A stretch of 64,000 nucleotides of DNA from Candidatus Collierbacteria bacterium GW2011_GWB2_45_17 (GTDB taxonomy: Bacteria; Patescibacteriota; Microgenomatia; UBA1400; MFAQ01), in assembly GCA_001001485.1 (NCBI GenBank), contig LCKO01000006.1, positions 4,350-68,349 of the forward strand. Reading direction: 5' to 3'. Under the pieces are notes generated by a model. That model did not search any database. It was not told where the DNA came from and saw nothing but the letters and a program-made list of their open reading frames with translations. Position numbers and translations under genes: made by a program. The first letter of the stretch is position 1. Every line of letters starts with the position of its first letter. Shown piece by piece: positions 8,289 to 17,992 of this stretch.

Positions 8289-9775
8289 TGGTTTAGCTTG
8301 AAAATATAACTTGTGAAGACGCCGGAAGAGACAGTGGCGATGGGAGTATTCATATCGGAGTAGGAAATGACTTCGGAGATGACCACGCGGTAGAGTAGCT
8401 TTTCACTGGTAAATTCATCCGGATAGATCCAGCCGAAATACTCATCGGCAGAACTACTACTTGGGTGATTGCCGTAGGTTTGGAAGAGATAGCGCCAGCC
8501 ACCATATGGGTGGTATGGCCGAGGATCTTTTCCTACGGTCTCCAAACTAAAGGGGCTATTCCCTATTAGAGGCATAATTTGATTGATTAAATTCCTGCGA
8601 GTAGTAAGACCATATTGGGACTGGGTGGTGGTGAAGATGGTGACAGAGTTTATGGCGATATAGATGGCAAAGAGTGGTGTAAGAAGTTTCCAGCTTACTT
8701 TCTCCAAGAAAAGTCCCAGGACTATCGTAGTCATAATAAAGAAGCCTAGCAGATAGTATTCACAGCCAATGGAGGGGTAGAGGAGATAGAAAAGAAGAAT
8801 GGAAACGATCATCCAAGCGAGAATTTGAAACTTTCTTTCTTTTATCGCCTTCCGGAAAAACCAAACAAAAATCAGGACAACGAAGAGACTGATAAGGAAA
8901 ACTGGTCGAGTCATATCGCCATGGGCTCCTAGACCGTGTTCTTCTTGAATATTGGTGTAGGGCTTGAGGTAAAGTGCTCGACTGATCGAGAACCAAACAT
9001 TGTTTAGGTGATAGATAAGCTGGTCGAGACCAAAGACCGAACCCGAGGTTTTGGGGCTCAGGACATACCGGATGGGACCCAGGAGATCGTCAAAGTTGTG
9101 ATTGATATCGAAGACGATGAGGGGTGAGACGACGGCGAGATAGGAAAAGATAGAGATCATCCAGATAGAAAGAGAAATTTTCTTAATATTTTTCAGAACA
9201 AGGAAAATAACGAGTGGCCAGTAGACCATGAGTGATAGATGAAGGTGGAGGCCGGAAGCCATGATAATAGTGGAGAGAATAAACCAGCGAGTGTCCTTCT
9301 CTGCCCGGTACAAAGAATAAAGAAGCCAAATGGTGACAAAGGCAATGGGAGTGGGATTCCAAAAACGATGATCAAAATAAATTAGTAGCGCCGAAAAGCC
9401 ATAAAGAATAGCGGAAATCAAACCAACTTTTTTGGAAAATATCCTGGAGGCTACGAAATAGAGACTTATGGTAGTGATAATGCCAAAGAAAGAGGAGAAG
9501 TAGGCTAGGACAGAGAGATCACCGTTGCCGATCCAAAATAAAAGTGCGTTGAGATAGGTAAAGGCCGGACCCAGGTAAAAGCCAAAGTTACTGGCGCTCA
9601 CGCCGATCCAGATGGGATGAAAATCTTTGACTTGAGACCAGGCTAAGAGGGCTTGATACTCCTCATCAAAGTTAAAAGAAAACCACTCGGCTGATTTCCA
9701 AAATCGGAGAACTATCAGAAAAATAAACAGAAGAATCGGAATTATTTTGGTCGGAGTAATCTTTAACTTGGCCAC
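8285..9775 (-). CDS. polytopic membrane protein, GT-C-fold glycosyltransferase-like
   Basis: 496 aa. Highly hydrophobic multi-TM protein with an acidic 'FNFDEEYQALLAW' first loop, in an operon of glycosyltransferases. Confidence 0.45.
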   Translation of the reverse strand: MAKLKITPTKIIPILLFIFLIVLRFWKSAEWFSFNFDEEYQALLAWSQVKDFHPIWIGVSASNFGFYLGPAFTYLNALLFWIGNGDLSVLAYFSSFFGIITTISLYFVASRIFSKKVGLISAILYGFSALLIYFDHRFWNPTPIAFVTIWLLYSLYRAEKDTRWFILSTIIMASGLHLHLSLMVYWPLVIFLVLKNIKKISLSIWMISIFSYLAVVSPLIVFDINHNFDDLLGPIRYVLSPKTSGSVFGLDQLIYHLNNVWFSISRALYLKPYTNIQEEHGLGAHGDMTRPVFLISLFVVLIFVWFFRKAIKERKFQILAWMIVSILLFYLLYPSIGCEYYLLGFFIMTTIVLGLFLEKVSWKLLTPLFAIYIAINSVTIFTTTQSQYGLTTRRNLINQIMPLIGNSPFSLETVGKDPRPYHPYGGWRYLFQTYGNHPSSSSADEYFGWIYPDEFTSEKLLYRVVISEVISYSDMNTPIATVSSGVFTSYIFKLNQ

Positions 9776-9790
9776 AGAGATAGTTTAGCA

Positions 9791-10924
9791 TCAGCCGATA
9801 AAGTAGCCACGGGTGAAGAAGATAATTGAAAGTATAGAAAAAACTATAGTGGAAAAATAATAAACGTATTTAGTAAATGGGTGCTGGCGCTCTAACCAGT
9901 AGGCCAAATACATAAAGACTGGAAACATGACAAGTGTGTATCGCGGAACACTGGCAAAAGTGCCGGAGAAGCTGGGAAGGAGATAGGAAAGTAAGACAAA
10001 TAGCCAATAGGAAAAGCGTATTTTTTTGAAGGAAAAGATTAAGACACCCAAGACTAGTGTGGCAGAGAGAAGTTCCAATACGACTGTAAAAAATAAGGGG
10101 TCCCAGTGATCGGTAAAAATAAGCATTTTGGCGTAGCGAAAAAAGACCTGATGAAGCAGAATTAGCTTATTGACCGTCCGGCCGGTAAAGTTTGTTTGAA
10201 TTGTGGCGAAAAACAAGGCGTCTCCCGTCTTGAGAAATTGGAAACGCATAAATGACAGAAGCCCTAATGGTGGAAGGGTCAACCAGATGGCAGATGGATT
10301 TAAACATTTCTTGATATCTTTTCCGTAATAAACCCAGAATTCGTAGATAAGAGCCGGCCAGAGAAAAATGCCGGTGATTTTGGTGGCAGACGCGATAGCA
10401 GCCGCTATACAAGCCAAGAGGAATTGATTGCGGCGAGCAAAGTAAAAGCTGAGGACCGCCAGAAGTAGAAAAAGAGATTCTGTGTATACAGAACCAAAAA
10501 AGAAAGCTGTGGGAAAAAGCAAAAGGAGATAGATGGTTGATTTGGCAATTTTGGATTTGAAATCCAGAGCGACTAGTTTATAAAGGAAATAGAGAGCCAA
10601 AATAATACAGAGATGAGAAATAATTAGTCCGGAGGCGAGATAGTTATCGAAAAAATTGAAAGTGCGAATGGTCCAGGGGTAGATAGGGAAGAATGCATAG
10701 TCCATGTCTGTCTTGTGTTGGTAGCCGTAACCAAACTCGGCCAAGTCCAGATAATGAAGCCCGTCGAAGTTGGACCACATGGAAAAAAGATTACTCGCTG
10801 AAGGTATCTCGGTGAGATTGGTGAATCTGGTGCGTGGGGTCAGAAGAAACATGGCCGGAAGGGCGATGAGAATAATCAGCAGTCTCCAACCGAGGACGAG
10901 TTTAAGGATTTCTTTGATTGTCAT
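9791..10924 (-). CDS. membrane mannosyltransferase-like protein (PIG-V/GT-C-like)
   Basis: 377 aa multi-TM. 'WSNFDGLHYLDLAEFGYGY' resembles the WDxxHYxxIAxxGY motif of PIG-V/GT76-type mannosyltransferases. Confidence 0.45.
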   Translation of the reverse strand: MTIKEILKLVLGWRLLIILIALPAMFLLTPRTRFTNLTEIPSASNLFSMWSNFDGLHYLDLAEFGYGYQHKTDMDYAFFPIYPWTIRTFNFFDNYLASGLIISHLCIILALYFLYKLVALDFKSKIAKSTIYLLLLFPTAFFFGSVYTESLFLLLAVLSFYFARRNQFLLACIAAAIASATKITGIFLWPALIYEFWVYYGKDIKKCLNPSAIWLTLPPLGLLSFMRFQFLKTGDALFFATIQTNFTGRTVNKLILLHQVFFRYAKMLIFTDHWDPLFFTVVLELLSATLVLGVLIFSFKKIRFSYWLFVLLSYLLPSFSGTFASVPRYTLVMFPVFMYLAYWLERQHPFTKYVYYFSTIVFSILSIIFFTRGYFIG

Positions 10925-10936
10925 TTAATTTATATA

Positions 10937-11018
10937 GATTGCTTCGTCGTTTCACTCCTCGCAATGACGGGTGGAGTGAGATTGCCACGTCGCGATTACA
11001 CTCTTCGCAATGACGTGG
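10937..11018. repeat. two tandem module A copies at the 3' end of the GT4 gene
   Basis: 'agattgcttcgtcgtttcactcctcgcaatgacgg' followed by 'gagattgccacgtcgcgattacactcttcgcaatgacgtgg'. Confidence 0.8.
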
Positions 11019-12027
11019 AAAGAATGTGTTGATAAACGGCGAGGGTGAGTTTGGCGGTTTTGGCCCAAGAAAAGTCATGGGAACGTTCTTTGGCAAGATT
11101 AATTTGTTTCAATTTGGCTTCGGGAGAAAGTTTTAAAGCTTTTTTGATAGCTTTTTCCATGGATTTTAATTTCCTCGGACTAAAGGTAATCGCCTCTTCA
11201 TGATATATTTCCGGAAGGCTAGATTTTTTGGAACTGGCTATCAAGCAACCGGCCGTCATGGCTTCCAGTAACGGCAAACCAAAACCCTCGTACAAGGACG
11301 GCTGAACATAAAGCGAGGCTAGGTGAAACATGGCGTTAAAATCTTCATCCGGGACGAAACCCGGGTAACTGATGTGGTTGTAGACTTGTAAACGAACCAA
11401 ATCGATTAATTCCGGGTGAACCGGTTTAATAATTTCTTGGAGCATACCCTTACCAACGATTACTAATGGTATTCCGAGTCGATCCGTAACTTCAGCTAGT
11501 GAGGGGAGATTTTTATTTGGATTTGGCCCAGCGGCAAGCGTGAGGATAAATTTATCGGGAAGATGATATTTTTCTTTGATTTCGGCAATCTTTGAAGAAG
11601 AGGGGGGCTTTTTGTAGATCTCTGCTACCGCCAATGGGGTAACAAAGATTTTTTCTGGGGAGATACGAAAATATTTTTCGATATCTTTTTTGGAGTTTTC
11701 GGAGTCGGTAATGATGGCTGAAACCGATCTCAGAGACCACCACTGACGTAATAGATTGAGAGTACCCTTGATACCCTTAGGATACCGGCTGGACATAACG
11801 AGGGGTGTCAGATCATGAATAGTGACGATGGTGGGTTTTTCCTTTTTTACCGGAAAGGTAGCGTAAAAAAGATCAAAGAAGGGGAAGTGAATAATATCCG
11901 GATTTTTATCCGTCAAATCTATATCAGGAAGTTTAGCTAATGCTCTGGATAGATTTTCGGAATAAACTCCAACTCCCCTACCAGCGGAATGATCGCCTCC
12001 ATTTAGAAATACTTTAATTTTTTCCAT
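10996..12027 (-). CDS. glycosyltransferase family 4 (GT-B, 'group 1')
   Basis: 'EGFGLPLLEAMTAGCLIASS' EX7E-type C-terminal domain. Its last 6 codons and stop lie inside a copy of repeat module A. Confidence 0.8.
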   Translation of the reverse strand: MEKIKVFLNGGDHSAGRGVGVYSENLSRALAKLPDIDLTDKNPDIIHFPFFDLFYATFPVKKEKPTIVTIHDLTPLVMSSRYPKGIKGTLNLLRQWWSLRSVSAIITDSENSKKDIEKYFRISPEKIFVTPLAVAEIYKKPPSSSKIAEIKEKYHLPDKFILTLAAGPNPNKNLPSLAEVTDRLGIPLVIVGKGMLQEIIKPVHPELIDLVRLQVYNHISYPGFVPDEDFNAMFHLASLYVQPSLYEGFGLPLLEAMTAGCLIASSKKSSLPEIYHEEAITFSPRKLKSMEKAIKKALKLSPEAKLKQINLAKERSHDFSWAKTAKLTLAVYQHILSTSLRRV

Positions 12028-12898
12028 AATCTTCGTCTTTGTAGAGTTCCCAGAGCTTCATATAGGAAAAGGCGTGATGAAAACCTGAGTAAAGAGAGAA
12101 TACAAACCCTGGAAAACCATCCATAAAACCACGATAGCGGATATACAGACTAAGGAAAGTACCTAAAGGTTTAAAGAATAAATAATTTAGGGTGTTGAAA
12201 AAATTGATTTTGACGCCATCTCTTTTATAGAAACCGGCTTGGAGACTGGAGTAACGATTCTCTCGGAGTAAGTAGCGAGAAAAATTGGGGGTGGCAAAGT
12301 GATCCAGGTCAGAACGTAACCAACCGACACTTCCTTTAACAATCATTTGCTCATGGACATCTTTGGCGGGAAGTTCGGCCTTACCACGTTGGAATAGTCT
12401 GATCACCGGATCCGGGTACTGTCCAGCGTTCTTTAAATATCGATTGAGAAAGAAATTTTTTCTGGGTAACCAGTAGGCGGCGGCCGGTTTGGTGAGACGA
12501 TACGGCTCAGGAAAAAAGGGGAGAAATTTGTTGATGGTTGATTTTAATGGTGAAAGCCAACTGTCGTAACCAAAGTAGTCGCCATCGAGAATACCGATAA
12601 TTTCCTTTTGCATTACCGGCGTTATTCGCTCGTCAGCATCTAGCTGAAGAATCCAGTCAGACTTGGCTTCGCGATTGGCAATGTCTTTTTGGATGTGGAA
12701 GACCGGATTGTTTTCTCTGAGTAGCACCTTGGCACCCAGCTTGCGGGCGATCTCAGCCGTCTTGTCCGTAGAATGGCCATCCACCACGATGATTTCATCT
12801 ACCCAGCCCTTGACCGAGTTTAAGCAGTCGGCGATACAGTCCTCGTTGTTATACGAGGCTAAAGTGACCGAGATAGTTTGACGTTTAGATTTTTTCAT
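12014..12898 (-). CDS. glycosyltransferase family 2
   Basis: 'ISVTLASYNNEDCIADCLNSV…DEIIVVDGHSTDKT' GT2 signature. Confidence 0.75.
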   Translation of the reverse strand: MKKSKRQTISVTLASYNNEDCIADCLNSVKGWVDEIIVVDGHSTDKTAEIARKLGAKVLLRENNPVFHIQKDIANREAKSDWILQLDADERITPVMQKEIIGILDGDYFGYDSWLSPLKSTINKFLPFFPEPYRLTKPAAAYWLPRKNFFLNRYLKNAGQYPDPVIRLFQRGKAELPAKDVHEQMIVKGSVGWLRSDLDHFATPNFSRYLLRENRYSSLQAGFYKRDGVKINFFNTLNYLFFKPLGTFLSLYIRYRGFMDGFPGFVFSLYSGFHHAFSYMKLWELYKDEDYGKN

Positions 12899-14580
12899 TT
12901 GGTGGAGAGGAATTTGAACATTATAGCCCCTGCCGGAGAAAGAACCGTGCCAATTACTTTGGTGTCATCTACTTTTTCCTCGGCGGTAATGAGAAGAGTG
13001 TTGGGTAACAGCTTGTCTTGTTCGTAATTGATAGTGCGGAATTCGTATTTACCCAGCTTGCGGCCGGTAGCAAAGCCGTAGTGATCCGGTTCAGACATGA
13101 CGATATCTCTCTGAAGATCTGCCGGAGGATATTTGGTGAAGAAGGCGATCAAGATATATGGCTGGTCGTAACGATCGGTGATAATAATATGATCATATTT
13201 GTTGTAGTTTTCTTTAGTGAAGGCAGCAACTTGATCAAAACCGTATTGCCAGGCGTAGGGTAGTTCCTTCGGGTAGTGGACATAGTACATATGAAGATAA
13301 CGGGCAAATGAATAAAAACTCAAAAAACCAAAAATACAAAAAATCAAAATTTTGTAGACGAATTTATATTTTTTAATTAATTCAAAAAACTCATAAGTCC
13401 CCAGGGCGGCGATGATCATGAGTGGGACAGACATGTTCTCGGCTCGGAGGGCATGGGGTGACTGGTAGGTAATAGAGGCGGCTAGGGGGGCAATCAGGAA
13501 CCAAGCCAGAACGACTTTCTTACCGTTGGAGTCGAGCATTATTAGAGAAAGTAGTCCTAGGGCGAAGAATGGGAGAAGGAAGAGAAGACTTTGCCCCGTT
13601 TCCGGAACTTTGCTTCTGGCTATAGCATCCCCATTGAGGAATAGAAAATCAGGAGAGTAATGAGAAAGATAGTTTTGGACGAATCTCATGGAGTAAGAGA
13701 GATAACGATTGTGAATTAATCTGACTTGTAAACTGCTTTTATCCTCATGCTCAAGACGGTAGTTAGTGGCTTGCCAGTCCGGACCGGAGTCGGCAAAGAT
13801 CGAGACGCCGGAAAAACGAGACTGACCCTCTTTGGAGAGAAGTTGGCTGGCGATGGGGAGGGAAAGAAGAAGGCCGAGGAGGGTGGCAATGATAATAGTT
13901 TTCAGTTTTGAGTTCTCAGATTTCAGGTTTCTGATGCCGGAGAATAATTCTTGACGGTAGATGAAGACGAGAGAGAGGGCAAGAAGAGGAGAAATTATTC
14001 TGGCCGAATGATAAGTGTAAAAGCTTAAGGCAAAAGAGGTAACGAATAGGTAAAAATATTTTTGATTTTCCAAACCTTTTAAGAAACCCCAGACACCAAG
14101 AAGGATGAGGAAAGTAGCGGCGTTGACTTCCCAGCCACCCCTGGAAAACTGGAGATGCCAGGGAGATAGGGCGAGAAAAAGAGCAGAGAGTAAGGGTAGG
14201 TGGCGTGAGATTGCCACGTCGCGTTCGCTCCTCGCAATGACGGGAGGGAAGAGAAGTTTGATAATCAGGTAGACGAGAAGGACGCTGGCGATACCAAGGA
14301 GGGCCGATGGCAAACGAACCGCCGTGACAGTCAAACCCAAGAATTTGACAAAGGGTAAAACCAAATAAAAATAAACCGGAAGTTTGTAATCGTCGAAGGA
14401 CCGGAAGACCAAGGGCCAGGCTATGGAGTGCTCGTCTTTACCCGTTTGGATCAATGACCAGGCGTTATAGCCGATGGCGGCTTCATCGGCATTCAAACCG
14501 GCAGGGAACTGATCGAGAGAGTACAGTCTGAGAACAGCGGCGAAAATGAGGATAGCGATAATTAAAAAATGTTTTTTCAC
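12895..14580 (-). CDS. ArnT/PMT-like GT-C glycosyltransferase (GT39/GT83-like), paralog 1 of a tandem array
   Basis: 561 aa. N-terminal TM helix, then the DE-containing loop 'GLNADEAAIGYNAWSL', then more than 10 TM helices. Repeat module A is inserted in frame ('VIARSERDVAISRH'). Confidence 0.7.
   Translation of the reverse strand: MKKHFLIIAILIFAAVLRLYSLDQFPAGLNADEAAIGYNAWSLIQTGKDEHSIAWPLVFRSFDDYKLPVYFYLVLPFVKFLGLTVTAVRLPSALLGIASVLLVYLIIKLLFPPVIARSERDVAISRHLPLLSALFLALSPWHLQFSRGGWEVNAATFLILLGVWGFLKGLENQKYFYLFVTSFALSFYTYHSARIISPLLALSLVFIYRQELFSGIRNLKSENSKLKTIIIATLLGLLLSLPIASQLLSKEGQSRFSGVSIFADSGPDWQATNYRLEHEDKSSLQVRLIHNRYLSYSMRFVQNYLSHYSPDFLFLNGDAIARSKVPETGQSLLFLLPFFALGLLSLIMLDSNGKKVVLAWFLIAPLAASITYQSPHALRAENMSVPLMIIAALGTYEFFELIKKYKFVYKILIFCIFGFLSFYSFARYLHMYYVHYPKELPYAWQYGFDQVAAFTKENYNKYDHIIITDRYDQPYILIAFFTKYPPADLQRDIVMSEPDHYGFATGRKLGKYEFRTINYEQDKLLPNTLLITAEEKVDDTKVIGTVLSPAGAIMFKFLSTK
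14205..14244. repeat. module A copy, in frame inside ArnT-like paralog 1
   Basis: 'gtgagattgccacgtcgcgttcgctcctcgcaatgacggg'. Confidence 0.85.
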
Positions 14581-16247
14581 TTGTCTTTGGTCTTTATTAT
14601 TCTTAAAGAAATGTCTCCATTGGGGAAAAGCACATCAACGTGTTTTTCTATCGTGGGTAGAGAGAAATCAAAGTTTTCCGGAAAGTTGCCTATGGTTCCC
14701 ACAAAGATAGTGCCAAACTGATTACTAACTTCACTCAGACCGGACTGGTGGAACTCGGCCAGACCAACTTTGGCAACATTGCCAACGTCGTAACCGCCAG
14801 ACTGAAATTCATTGATCTTTTGATAAGTAGCCGGATCAAAACGGGAGTAAAAAAGATAGAAGATATATGGTTGACCCAAAACGTCGGTCATGACAACTTT
14901 GTCCTGCGGATACTGATTGATAAACTGCATGGCTTCTTTGTAGCCATATTGAAATTCTTTGGCATAAATGAAGTTTGAGTGAACAAAGAGAAGATCAAGA
15001 AAATAGACAAAGAAAACTATCGAGAGAAGGGCGACGAAAAAGAAAAGTGGCTTTATTTTCGTCAGCGCATAATAGGCTCCCAGTCCGCAAATAACTGCGA
15101 GGGGAATGGTGAGGAAAAGAGCTCTAACCGTCGAGTACTCGGAAAGGGTGAGAGATCCCGGAAGTGGGGCGAGCAGTAGTAAGCCGGCAATCAGGAGAGA
15201 GTTTTTTAGATTTGGGGATCTAACTAGAAAGATAACTCCTAAAACAAACCAAATAAAATCGAAGGGTAGAAGCATCCCCATACCGGGAACGTGTCCCCTT
15301 TCAACTATTCCTGTGCCTTCGTAAAATAGAACCCCCGGACTAAGGTGCTTCAGATACCGACTGGCAATCAGCCTAGTTGTCAGTTGTGGTTGGTTGTGAA
15401 AAAGACTGAGACTTAAGGAGTTGTTACTATCCGTGGCTCGGAGCTGTTCGCTGATGCCGGGATGATAGCCAAAGATGCTGAGTCGCTTCAGGCGATTGGC
15501 ACTTTCGCCGGACATGGTAGACAGTGTAAGCGAAAGGAAGAAGGCCAAGACAAAGGCGACAACGGCTTTATTTTTTTTGACGGAAAAATAGAGTTTAAAT
15601 TGATCTCTAAACTCTGACCAATAAAGTAGGACAGGAAGAACCAAAACCAGAGGAGTAAAAAGTTTGGCTGCTTGGTAGGTAAGGAAAGTCAGAAGAGCCA
15701 AGATGAGGGAGAAAGTCAGGAATTTGCCGGAACGAATAAAGACGAGAAGAAAATAAAGAGCGAAGAGAAGTAAGGTGACGAAGACATTGGTTTCCCAAGC
15801 CCCACGACTGAAGTGAATGTGCCAGGGCATGATGGCTAGAGAGAGGGCGGCGTAAGATCCCAGTTCACAGTTCTCGGTTGTCAGTTCTTGGTTTTTTGGT
15901 TTTGATTTTTTGGAAAATAGTTCATTGGTCAAAAGAAAGATGCCGTAAATGGCGAGGATGCCGGCGAGAGCGCTGGGGAGTCGGACGGCAAATTCGGTGA
16001 GTCCCAGAACAGCGATGGGTGGAATGGCCAGATAGACGTAAAGTCCCGGTTTAAAATCTCCGAAGCTTTTGAAAATGATCGGAAGAAACTTTCCGAATTC
16101 ATCTCGACCGGTTTTGATGATTGAATAGGCGTTGTAACCCAGAGCCGCCTCATCCCAAGTTAAGGCATTGGGTAATGATCCGAGCTGATAAAGTCTGAGG
16201 ACAGTTCCCAAAATAAGAGCGAGTATCAATAGCCAGTACTTCTTCAT
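14577..16247 (-). CDS. ArnT/PMT-like GT-C glycosyltransferase, paralog 2
   Basis: 556 aa. 'LTWDEAALGYNAYSI' loop. An AGAACT-type module is inserted in frame ('SKPKNQELTTENCELGS'). Confidence 0.7.
   Translation of the reverse strand: MKKYWLLILALILGTVLRLYQLGSLPNALTWDEAALGYNAYSIIKTGRDEFGKFLPIIFKSFGDFKPGLYVYLAIPPIAVLGLTEFAVRLPSALAGILAIYGIFLLTNELFSKKSKPKNQELTTENCELGSYAALSLAIMPWHIHFSRGAWETNVFVTLLLFALYFLLVFIRSGKFLTFSLILALLTFLTYQAAKLFTPLVLVLPVLLYWSEFRDQFKLYFSVKKNKAVVAFVLAFFLSLTLSTMSGESANRLKRLSIFGYHPGISEQLRATDSNNSLSLSLFHNQPQLTTRLIASRYLKHLSPGVLFYEGTGIVERGHVPGMGMLLPFDFIWFVLGVIFLVRSPNLKNSLLIAGLLLLAPLPGSLTLSEYSTVRALFLTIPLAVICGLGAYYALTKIKPLFFFVALLSIVFFVYFLDLLFVHSNFIYAKEFQYGYKEAMQFINQYPQDKVVMTDVLGQPYIFYLFYSRFDPATYQKINEFQSGGYDVGNVAKVGLAEFHQSGLSEVSNQFGTIFVGTIGNFPENFDFSLPTIEKHVDVLFPNGDISLRIIKTKDK
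15861..15915. repeat. module B-like oligo-repeat (cagttctc variants), in frame inside ArnT-like paralog 2
   Basis: 'cagttcacagttctcggttgtcagttcttggttttttggttttgattttttgg'. Confidence 0.55.
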
Positions 16248-17992
16248 GGAAGTTCGATTATTTTAAAAGCGGTTGACCCATCCAGAAAATTGATGGTTTT
16301 TAAAACGTTGGCTCCTGTCGGAAGATGATCCGGCGAAGCAACCATCAAACTGTTGGATGTCGGAATCTCTCCGCCACTTTCCAGAGGTAACGAGGTGATC
16401 TTGCCGACCGGAATTTGCCAGTCGTTAACGAAGTAGACGTTATCGATTTTGTCCGTCCAAAACCAGTCCGATTTTTCAAACCGAATATTGTCCCCGCCCG
16501 GTTGTAATTTTTCAGGGGCAAGTTGGTTATAAAAAGCATAGAAAATATGGGCTTCACCATAGCGTTTGGAGATAAAGACTTTGGAAAAGTTTTTCTGAGT
16601 ATTAATAAAATCGAAGACTTGCCGGTAACCATATTGCCAAGACTCCGAGTAGGTCTTGGAGTAGTTAGTGAAGTAGTCGTCTGAATAAATGACGAAAACG
16701 ATAATAGCCACTGTCATCACTAAAGCAATTAAAAATGTTTTGGCAAAAGCCGAGAGACGATCCGCAAGAAAAAATAAACCTAAAGCGGCAATAATTACGG
16801 TAGCAGGAATCATGGGGTTTGGACGTAGAGCTTGTGGGGGATCGACTGTTAGGGCAGAAGCAACAGGAGAGAGCAAGAGCCAAGAAAGAATGAATTGATT
16901 CGATTTTTCACTTGGATTTTTAATTAAGTAAAATATCCCAATTAAAAATAAAACCATAATGGGAAAGCCAAGAAGGTTTCTGCCGGGGATAGCGAACTGG
17001 AACTGGGCTCCCCTGCTCTGATTGAAGAAATCCGGAGCGAAGTAACCAAAATAATTATTGATGAAAGTCTGGGCAAAATACAAAGGTCGGTTATAGACAA
17101 ATTTGGCGATGATGGGAGGTAAGCCACTCTCCAGTCTTTTCTGTCCTAGGGTGTAGGCAGTTGATTCGGTGATGATATTTAATTTGCCATAACGGGCAGT
17201 GCCGGTACCAGTAAAGATCTGATAAGCCACAATGGTGGCGAAAAAGGCAAGAATTAATATTGCGATCACCATCTTGATCCTGGATTGCCACGTCGCAAAC
17301 GCTCCTCGCAATGACCGCCAGTAAATAATGATAAAGGCCAAAATAATTGTGGGGACAAAAATTCTAGAAGTATTGTAGGTATGAAGAGATAAGCCAAAAA
17401 GGAAAGCAGAAGCTATTAGTGCGAAGTTGTTGGTTCGAGGTTCGTTGATAGAGCGTATTAGAAAGTAGGCTGCGAAAATTATTAGAGTTAGTGAAAGATT
17501 GGCCTCCAATGCCGGGCGGGAAATAAAGAAGTGCCAGGGCATAAAGGCAAGGAAGAAAGCGGAGATAGTTGGCAGATTACAGATGTCAGATGACAGTTTA
17601 GGTAATTTGTTTATGGACTTGTTGTTATTTCTGAGAACTGAGAACTTAGAACTGAGAACTAATTGATTTGCGAGAAGGTAGATACCTGGAATGGCGAGGG
17701 TGCCGGCAAGGGCGGAGATAAAGCGGATTGAAAAAACCGAAAGACCAAAAGCCCAAACAGGGAAGACCGTCAGATATATATAGAGGGGCAGTTTGTAATC
17801 GCCAAAAGCTCTGAAAATTAGGGGTAGTCTAGTTCCCCATTCGTCTTTTCCGGTAAGAAGAATTGAGTAGGCGTTATAACCATGACTGATTTCATCCCAG
17901 TTAGGGGCGACCGGAAAACGATCTAACCAGAAGAATCTGACTAAACCACCCAACAAAGTTAAAATTAAAAGAATCAGAAGTTGTTTTTTCAT
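16244..17992 (-). CDS. ArnT/PMT-like GT-C glycosyltransferase, paralog 3
   Basis: 582 aa. 'NWDEISHGYNAYSI' loop. Carries in-frame copies of modules A ('SLRGAFATWQS'), B and C. Confidence 0.7.
   Translation of the reverse strand: MKKQLLILLILTLLGGLVRFFWLDRFPVAPNWDEISHGYNAYSILLTGKDEWGTRLPLIFRAFGDYKLPLYIYLTVFPVWAFGLSVFSIRFISALAGTLAIPGIYLLANQLVLSSKFSVLRNNNKSINKLPKLSSDICNLPTISAFFLAFMPWHFFISRPALEANLSLTLIIFAAYFLIRSINEPRTNNFALIASAFLFGLSLHTYNTSRIFVPTIILAFIIIYWRSLRGAFATWQSRIKMVIAILILAFFATIVAYQIFTGTGTARYGKLNIITESTAYTLGQKRLESGLPPIIAKFVYNRPLYFAQTFINNYFGYFAPDFFNQSRGAQFQFAIPGRNLLGFPIMVLFLIGIFYLIKNPSEKSNQFILSWLLLSPVASALTVDPPQALRPNPMIPATVIIAALGLFFLADRLSAFAKTFLIALVMTVAIIVFVIYSDDYFTNYSKTYSESWQYGYRQVFDFINTQKNFSKVFISKRYGEAHIFYAFYNQLAPEKLQPGGDNIRFEKSDWFWTDKIDNVYFVNDWQIPVGKITSLPLESGGEIPTSNSLMVASPDHLPTGANVLKTINFLDGSTAFKIIELP
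17282..17317. repeat. module A copy, in frame inside ArnT-like paralog 3
   Basis: 'ggattgccacgtcgcaaacgctcctcgcaatgaccg'. Confidence 0.85.
17573..17665. repeat. composite of module C ('agattacagatgtcagatgacag') and module B ('tctgagaactgagaacttagaactgagaact'), in frame inside paralog 3
   Basis: Direct sequence match to the copies at 48585-48611 and to the module B blocks. Confidence 0.75.

Noticed and set aside
14748-15324. Plus-strand ORFs within the ArnT-like paralog 2 (14748..14978, 14979..15179, 15106..15324)
   Set aside because: Antisense shadow ORFs of a conserved minus-strand gene. The whole region is co-directional and minus-strand.
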